A stretch of 64,000 nucleotides of DNA, from NCBI GenBank assembly GCA_964016885.1, contig OZ024751.1:12648001-12712000 (forward strand). Direction: 5' to 3'. The translations under genes and the position numbers were made by a program. The notes below the pieces were generated by a model. The model was not told the origin of the DNA and made no database searches. It was given only the letters and a program-made list of their open reading frames with translations. The DNA comes from Eledone cirrhosa (Eukaryota). Below are positions 56,804-64,000 of the stretch, piece by piece (the first letter of the stretch is position 1; each line of letters opens with the position of its first letter).

Positions 56804-57211
56804 CTATTCTCAGCTGAGTCTCCAGGCAATGCGCGGACACTGGCGGCTCATATAAAAATAATAATAATTCGGTAGAAAGAACAGCTGGCGAGGACTGGAT
56901 TCCATGTACTGAAATTCTCACTGCTTCTAGTCAAATGGCCGATTCTAAAGAATCAATCACGTGACACAGAGGCTAGTTAGAAGGAATGGGATGGTAAGAT
57001 GACTGACGCCTACTAACACCCCAAAAAAAATTTAGAAGTGGTTTTGGCAGGTTTGCTCGACAAATCAGTGATTTGGAGATAAATATAGATAATTTAATAT
57101 ATCAACTAACATAGGCGCACAGATGCACGTCCATGCCAGCAAATACACAGGTTATGTCATAGTACCTAGGTGGTTCAATGCAGGAGGGTGCAGAACAATA
57201 ATATAAAAGAC

Positions 57212-57763
57212 ATATATATGTATGTATATATATATATGTATATATGTATATATGTATGTATATATATATATATGTATGTATATATATATATATGTATGTA
57301 TATATATATATATGTATGTATATATATATATATGTATGTATATATATATATATGTATATATGTATGTATATATATATATGTATGTATATATATATATATA
57401 TGTATGTATATATATATATATGTATATATGTATATATATATATATGTATATATGTATGTATATATATATATATATGTATGTATATATATATATATATGTA
57501 TGTATATATATATATATATGTATGTATATATATATATATATGTATGTATATATATATATATGTATATATGTATGTATATATATATGTATGTATATTATAT
57601 ATATACATATGTATATATGTATGTATATATATATATATACATATGTATATATGTATGTATATATATATATATATGTATATATATGTATGTATATATATAT
57701 ATATATGTATATATATGTATGTATATATATATGTATATATATATATGTATATATGTATGTATG

Positions 57764-57842
<79 letters not shown>

Positions 57843-58011
57843 GTATATATGTATATATGTATGTATGTATATATATATATATGTATATATGTATATATAT
57901 ATATATGTATATATGTATGTATATATATATATATGTATGTATGTATGTATATATATATATATGTATGTATGTATATATATATGTATGTATGTATATATAT
58001 ATATATGTATG

Positions 58012-58062
<51 letters not shown>

Positions 58063-58199
58063 GTATATATATATATATGTATATATGTATGTATATATAT
58101 ATATATGTATATATGTATGTATATATATATATATGTATATATGTATGTATATATATATATGTATATATGTATGTATATATATATATGTATATATGTATG

Positions 58200-58258
<59 letters not shown>

Positions 58259-58315
58259 GTATATATATATATATGTATGTATGTATGTATATATATATAT
58301 ATGTATATATGTATG

Positions 58316-58348
<33 letters not shown>

Positions 58349-58371
58349 ATATATATATGTATATATGTATG

Positions 58372-58402
<31 letters not shown>

Positions 58403-58447
58403 GTATGTATATATATATATATGTATGTATGTATATATATATGTATG

Positions 58448-58496
<49 letters not shown>

Positions 58497-58555
58497 GTAT
58501 ATATATATATGTATATATATATATGTATATATATATATATGTATATATATATATG

Positions 58556-58602
<47 letters not shown>

Positions 58603-58689
58603 ATGTATATATATATATATGTATATATATATATGTATATATATATATATGTATATATGTATATATATATATATGTATATATATATATG

Positions 58690-58720
<31 letters not shown>

Positions 58721-58749
58721 GTATATATATATGTATATGTATATATATG

Positions 58750-58798
<49 letters not shown>

Positions 58799-58837
58799 GT
58801 ATATGTATATATATGTATATATATATATATGTATATA

Positions 58838-58872
<35 letters not shown>

Positions 58873-58923
58873 GTATATGTATATATATGTATATATATAT
58901 ATATGTATATATGTATATATATG

Positions 58924-58968
<45 letters not shown>

Positions 58969-59083
58969 ATATGTATGTATATATGTATATATGTATGTAT
59001 ATGTATATATATATATATGTATGTATATGTATATATATATATATGTATGTATATGTATATATATATATATATGTATGTATATG

Positions 59084-59115
<32 letters not shown>

Positions 59116-59424
59116 TATATACATATATATATGTATATTTGTATGTATATATGTATATATATGTATATATATATATGTATGTATATATGTATATATATAT
59201 ATGTGTATATATGTATGTATATATGTATATATATGTATATATGTATGTATATATGTATATATATGTATATATGTATGTATATATGTATATATATGTATAT
59301 ATGTATGTATATATGTATATATATGTATATGTATATATATGTATATATATATATATGTATATATGTATGTATATATATGTATATATATATATATGTATAT
59401 ATGTATGTATATATGTATATATAT
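57212..59424. repeat. 2.2-kb (TA)/(TATG) microsatellite
   Basis: Direct reading. Confidence 0.96.
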
Positions 59425-59550
59425 GTTTTGGGAAGATGGGACAGGAAGTCGATATCATCCCGGATGAAAATGGGTATGTGAATACATAGTGGTTTCAAAA
59501 TAATGTCAACAAAATTGCTTAGACGGTGAGTGGGGCATGTTGGACCAGTA
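59425..59550 (-). pseudogene. Inverted Penelope-like reverse transcriptase fragment
   Basis: [39 protein letters not shown] resembles the PLE RT segment after the RPI motif. Confidence 0.8.
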
Positions 59551-59909
59551 CATGTGAATCCATACACGCCGGTCAATATATGAAAACAAAAACTGGAAAA
59601 ATATTCCCAAATGCAAATATGAACTGCAAAAGCAGAAATCTAATTTACTGCATTAAATGCCCGAATTGTGAAGAACTATATGTCGGTCAAACTGGCAATG
59701 CACTATCGGAACGTGCACGGGTACACCGTCAACAAATCAGAGACCCAAATGTCCGTCAGATACCCCTAAGCGGCCACCTGGCAACATGTGGTCAGGGAAT
59801 ATTTATAATATTCCCATTCTACAAATTACACAGCCCAAGTGAAATCAAGAGAAAAATCAAAGAAAAGATTTGTATTGATAAATTCAAACCCAAGCTAAAT
59901 GAACAATAA
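59550..59909 (+). pseudogene. Penelope-like (Neptune-type) C-terminal GIY-YIG endonuclease fragment
   Basis: [29 protein letters not shown]...H...H...R.IKEK..I.KF.P.LN. Confidence 0.88.
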
Positions 59910-60289
59910 TAACGCCTAGGGGTATTACTTCTACTACCACTATGACCACGACCACTAACAACAACAACAACAACAACAACAACAATAATAATAATAAAAG
60001 TGATGTTGATGGTGATGATTAATAGAAAATGCTATTTTCAACATTTCAAAAAGCAAAACAATTGATACGTTGGGTATGACTATTGGACGTTAGCATGCTC
60101 AACCAGCCGTGACGCTTAAACCAATCAGCTGTAGTAATTCAGTGAAACTACACACTGATTGGTCGAAATACAGTTTACAGGGCTTTGCATTCTGGAGCCA
60201 CTTTTCTCTGTATAAAATGTATAAAAGGTAGTAAATTTACCCATCTCATTACAGTTGAAAATTGCAAACTCGACTGTCACCACATATCA

Positions 60290-60328
60290 TGAACCTGAAG
60301 ATTGCGAAAGCATGAAAGTACTTGTTCA
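60290..60328 (+). ncRNA. Minimal type I hammerhead in the 3' region of the Neptune-type element
   Basis: tgaac-CTGAAGA-t-tgc-gaaa-gca-t-GAAA-gtac-TT-gttca. Confidence 0.85.
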
Positions 60329-61041
60329 ATTAACACTTAGAATTTAATATTCTATCATACTATTTCATTATAATACCATATTATATATATTTTAAAGGAT
60401 TGTAAATAAAACGAGTAAACACACACACATACTTATACTCGCGCATATAAACCCGTATGCATGCCCACGCATGACACTGAGTAAGTAACAAAAGGGGGAA
60501 GGGGGGGGAGAAGAAAAAAGGAACAAAAACATAAAACCGAAATATCAAAAACACGGATATAAAGACACTTACATATACGCATAATATATACATACGCACA
60601 CGAACAAACACCTGTACACACACACATACATACATACACGCATATATATATATACATATACATACAGGCACGCGCGCGCACATACGTAGTTACTCATATA
60701 CATATATAAAAAGTATACACACATTAAGGCGTTCAGCCATATTGAAATGTGGATAAATAAGTACAAATATAAAATTGTTAGATAGGCTGCGCAAAAATAA
60801 AATAAAAATAAAAATGAAAAATATATCTGGATTGAAAAACACAAAAGACAAGTATAATCAGTTAGTGTAGGAAAAAGGGAAGTAAAAGAAGGGGAAGTAA
60901 AAAATAGAAAATAGGAAGTGGATCGGAGAATAAGGGGGGGGGTTAAATAAAAATAAATAAAAGTGAAAATAAATGAAATTATTGACAAGGAAAAGAATGA
61001 AAGTAAGTCAGAAAGGGTAATTAATAGAGAATAATAAGAGT

Positions 61042-61415
61042 TTATGGAGGATAAGTATCTGAACGTGTGTTAAGTTTATATGAGCTGGAAAGCAGGTGTG
61101 ATTTCATGTGTGGCCAACTGGTAAAAATTTCCGTCTTTGTGTTCAGGCAGGTCTTCGGTGATTTAAGATTTTGCAATATCCAAAATTTTTCATTTATGCA
61201 GAGCGTGCATTTTCTTGATCCTCTAGCATATTTTTTAGATTGGTTCAAAATTGACCAATCTAGTTTATATTGGATACCTTGGTCTTTCAAATCCCAGATT
61301 CTGCTAGCCAGAGCTGTTGTAAATCTTTTTTCTGGATGTCGAAAGGATGCGACATGTGAGTAATAACGCGTTTTGAATCTGTCTTGCGTCATACCCACAT
61401 ATCGTTCACTGGTGA
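61042..61415 (-). pseudogene. Second PLE GIY-YIG fragment (probably Hydra-type, with C-terminal CxxC)
   Basis: YVGMTQDRFKTRYYSHVASFRH...LASRIWDLK...WSIL...KCTLCINEKFWI...LN.KTEI. Confidence 0.82.
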
Positions 61416-61778
61416 CTAAAAACCGGTTTGTCTGTGTGTTTACATACAGAATAGCTGGACACTCACAGTAAAGTGACCAGTGAAAGACTTGGTACATCTA
61501 CATATGTATACGTGTGTGTATTCATATGCATACTAGTATTTCAGTATACATATGTGGATGTACATTTTTAACTTAATTGTTTAAGTGTCAGTCATACAAA
61601 AGTGAGTTACAAACGAAACGAAATTTAATTTCGTTTCGTTATTTGTTTTTATCGTCTCCGTTGAACCGGTACGCACTCACGCTCTATGCAAATTGGTCTG
61701 CTCACTACTAATTTTCATAGAAAAAGCATATGACGATATGTGCTTTTACGATTCTCCAGAAAGGTCGGAAGAAAGGTA

Positions 61779-61823
61779 AATATTGCTGATGAGTTGTAAC
61801 AACAACGAAACTAGTTCAATATT
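61779..61823 (+). ncRNA. Type I hammerhead (copy 1)
   Basis: aatattg-CTGATGA-gttg-taacaa-caac-GAAA-ctag-TT-caatatt; all stems pair. Confidence 0.9.
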
Positions 61824-62243
61824 CCTTGTCTGGCTTTCTGGAGAATAGAGGAAAGGTGTTTCCTCAAAAACCAGTATCACTCTAAAAACCGGTTTGTCTG
61901 TGTGTTTACATACAGAATAGCTGGACACTCACAGTAAAGTGACCAGTGAAAGACTTGGTACATCTACATATGTATACGTGTGTGTATTCATATGCATACT
62001 CGTATTTCAGTATACATATGTGGATGTACATTTTTAACTTAATTGTTTAAGCGTCAGTCATACAAAAGTGAGTTACAAACGAAACGAAATTTAATTTCGT
62101 TTCGTTATTTGTTTTTATCGTCTCCGTTGAACCGGTACGCACTCACGCTCTATGCAAATTGGTCTGCCCACTACTAATTTTTATAGAAAAGCATATAACG
62201 ATATGTGCTTTTACGATTCTCCAGAAAGGTCGGAAGAAAGGTA

Positions 62244-62288
62244 AATATTGCTGATGAGTTGTAACAACAACGAAACTAGTTCAATATT
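62244..62288 (+). ncRNA. Type I hammerhead (copy 2)
   Basis: Identical to 61779-61823. Confidence 0.9.
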
Positions 62289-62580
62289 CCTTGTCTGGCT
62301 TTCTGGAGAATAGAGGAAAGGTGTTTCCTCAAAAACCAGTATGACTCTAAAAACCGGTTTGTCTGTGTGTTTACATACAGAATAGCTGGACACTCACAGT
62401 AAAGTGACCAGTGAAAGACTTGGTACATCTACATATGTATACGTGTGTGTATTCATATGCATACTAGTATTTCAGTATACATATGTGGATGTACATTTTT
62501 AACTTAATTGTTTAAGCGTCAGTCATACAAAAGTGAGTTACAAACGAAACGAAATTTAATTTCGTTTCGTTATTTGTTTT

Positions 62581-62674
62581 GATATGTATATATATATGTG
62601 TATATATATATGTATATATATATATATTTGTATATATATATATGTATATATATATATATTTGTATATATATATG

Positions 62675-62705
<31 letters not shown>

Positions 62706-62731
62706 GTATATATATATATGTATATATATAC

Positions 62732-62802
<71 letters not shown>

Positions 62803-62840
62803 CATATATATACATATATATATATACATATATATACATA

Positions 62841-62878
<38 letters not shown>

Positions 62879-63006
62879 CATATATATATATGTATATATA
62901 TGTATGTATATATATATATATATATGTATATATATGTATGTATATATATATGTATATATGTGTATATATATATGTATATATATGTATGCATATATGTATA
63001 TATATG

Positions 63007-63039
<33 letters not shown>

Positions 63040-63716
63040 GTATATGTATATATGTGTATATATATGTATATATATATGCATATGTATATATGTGTATATA
63101 TATGTATATGTATATATATATATGTATATATATATATATGTATATATATATATGTGTATATATATATGTGTATATATATATGTGTATATATATATGTGTA
63201 TATATATATGTGTATATATGTATGTGTATATATATATATATGTATATGTATATATATATATATGTATATGTACATATATATATATACACATATATATATA
63301 TACATATATATATACATATATAAATATATATATATATACATATATATACATATATATATATATACACATATATATATATACATATATATATACATATATA
63401 AATATATATGTATATATATATATATATGTATATATATGTATATATATATATATTTATATATATATATATATGTATATATATGTATATATATATATATTTA
63501 TATATATGTATATATATATGTATATATATATATGTATATATATATATGTATATATATATATGTGTATATATATATATGTATATATATATATATGTATATA
63601 TATATGTATATATATATATATGTATATATATATATGTATATATGTATATATATATGTATATATATATATGTATATATGTATATATATATGTATATATATA
63701 TGTATATGTATATATG

Positions 63717-63747
<31 letters not shown>

Positions 63748-63830
63748 GTATATATGTATATATATATGTATATATATATGTATATATATATGTATATATA
63801 TATATGTATATATATATGTATATATATATG

Positions 63831-63862
<32 letters not shown>

Positions 63863-63885
63863 TATGTATATGTATATATATATAT

Positions 63886-63938
<53 letters not shown>

Positions 63939-64000
63939 GTATATATATGTATATATATATATGTATATATATGTATATATATATATGTATATATATATGT
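62581..64000. repeat. (TA)/(TATG) microsatellite to window end
   Basis: Direct reading. Confidence 0.96.

Larger units (their letters stand above)
55972..57211 (-). mobile_element. Head-to-tail multimer (about 2.2 copies) of a 556-558-bp hammerhead-containing unit in TA-rich microsatellite
   Basis: Units start at 55972, 56530 and 57086; no ORF; one hammerhead per full unit. Confidence 0.88.
61416..62580 (+). mobile_element. Head-to-tail multimer (about 2.5 copies) of a 465-466-bp hammerhead-containing unit
   Basis: Units start at 61416, 61882 and 62347; the third ends at the (TA)n junction. Confidence 0.9.

Overview
Eukaryotic, very AT-rich, repeat-dominated DNA with no recognisable host exon. 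The tRNA-derived SINE families and huge (TA)n/(TATG)n tracts suggest an octopus or other cephalopod genome (inference). Almost all long ORFs in the track are microsatellite or minisatellite artefacts. Real content: two large minisatellites (44 bp and 21 bp), SINEs, decayed LINEs (CR1-like, RTE-like, R4/Dong-like, CRE-like), Tc1/mariner-type MITEs and two Penelope-like element (PLE) remnants with GIY-YIG endonuclease fragments. The most notable structure is a dense, sequence-diverse set of short elements inserted into (TA)n tracts. Many carry type I hammerhead ribozyme (HHR) motifs (about 15 read by eye), occur as fold-back palindromes whose inversion points fall on or beside ribozyme helices or as head-to-tail 465 bp and 556 bp multimers, and share a TTGAGT motif near their 3' junction. 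All folds and alignments were done by eye, so coordinates may be off by a few bases.
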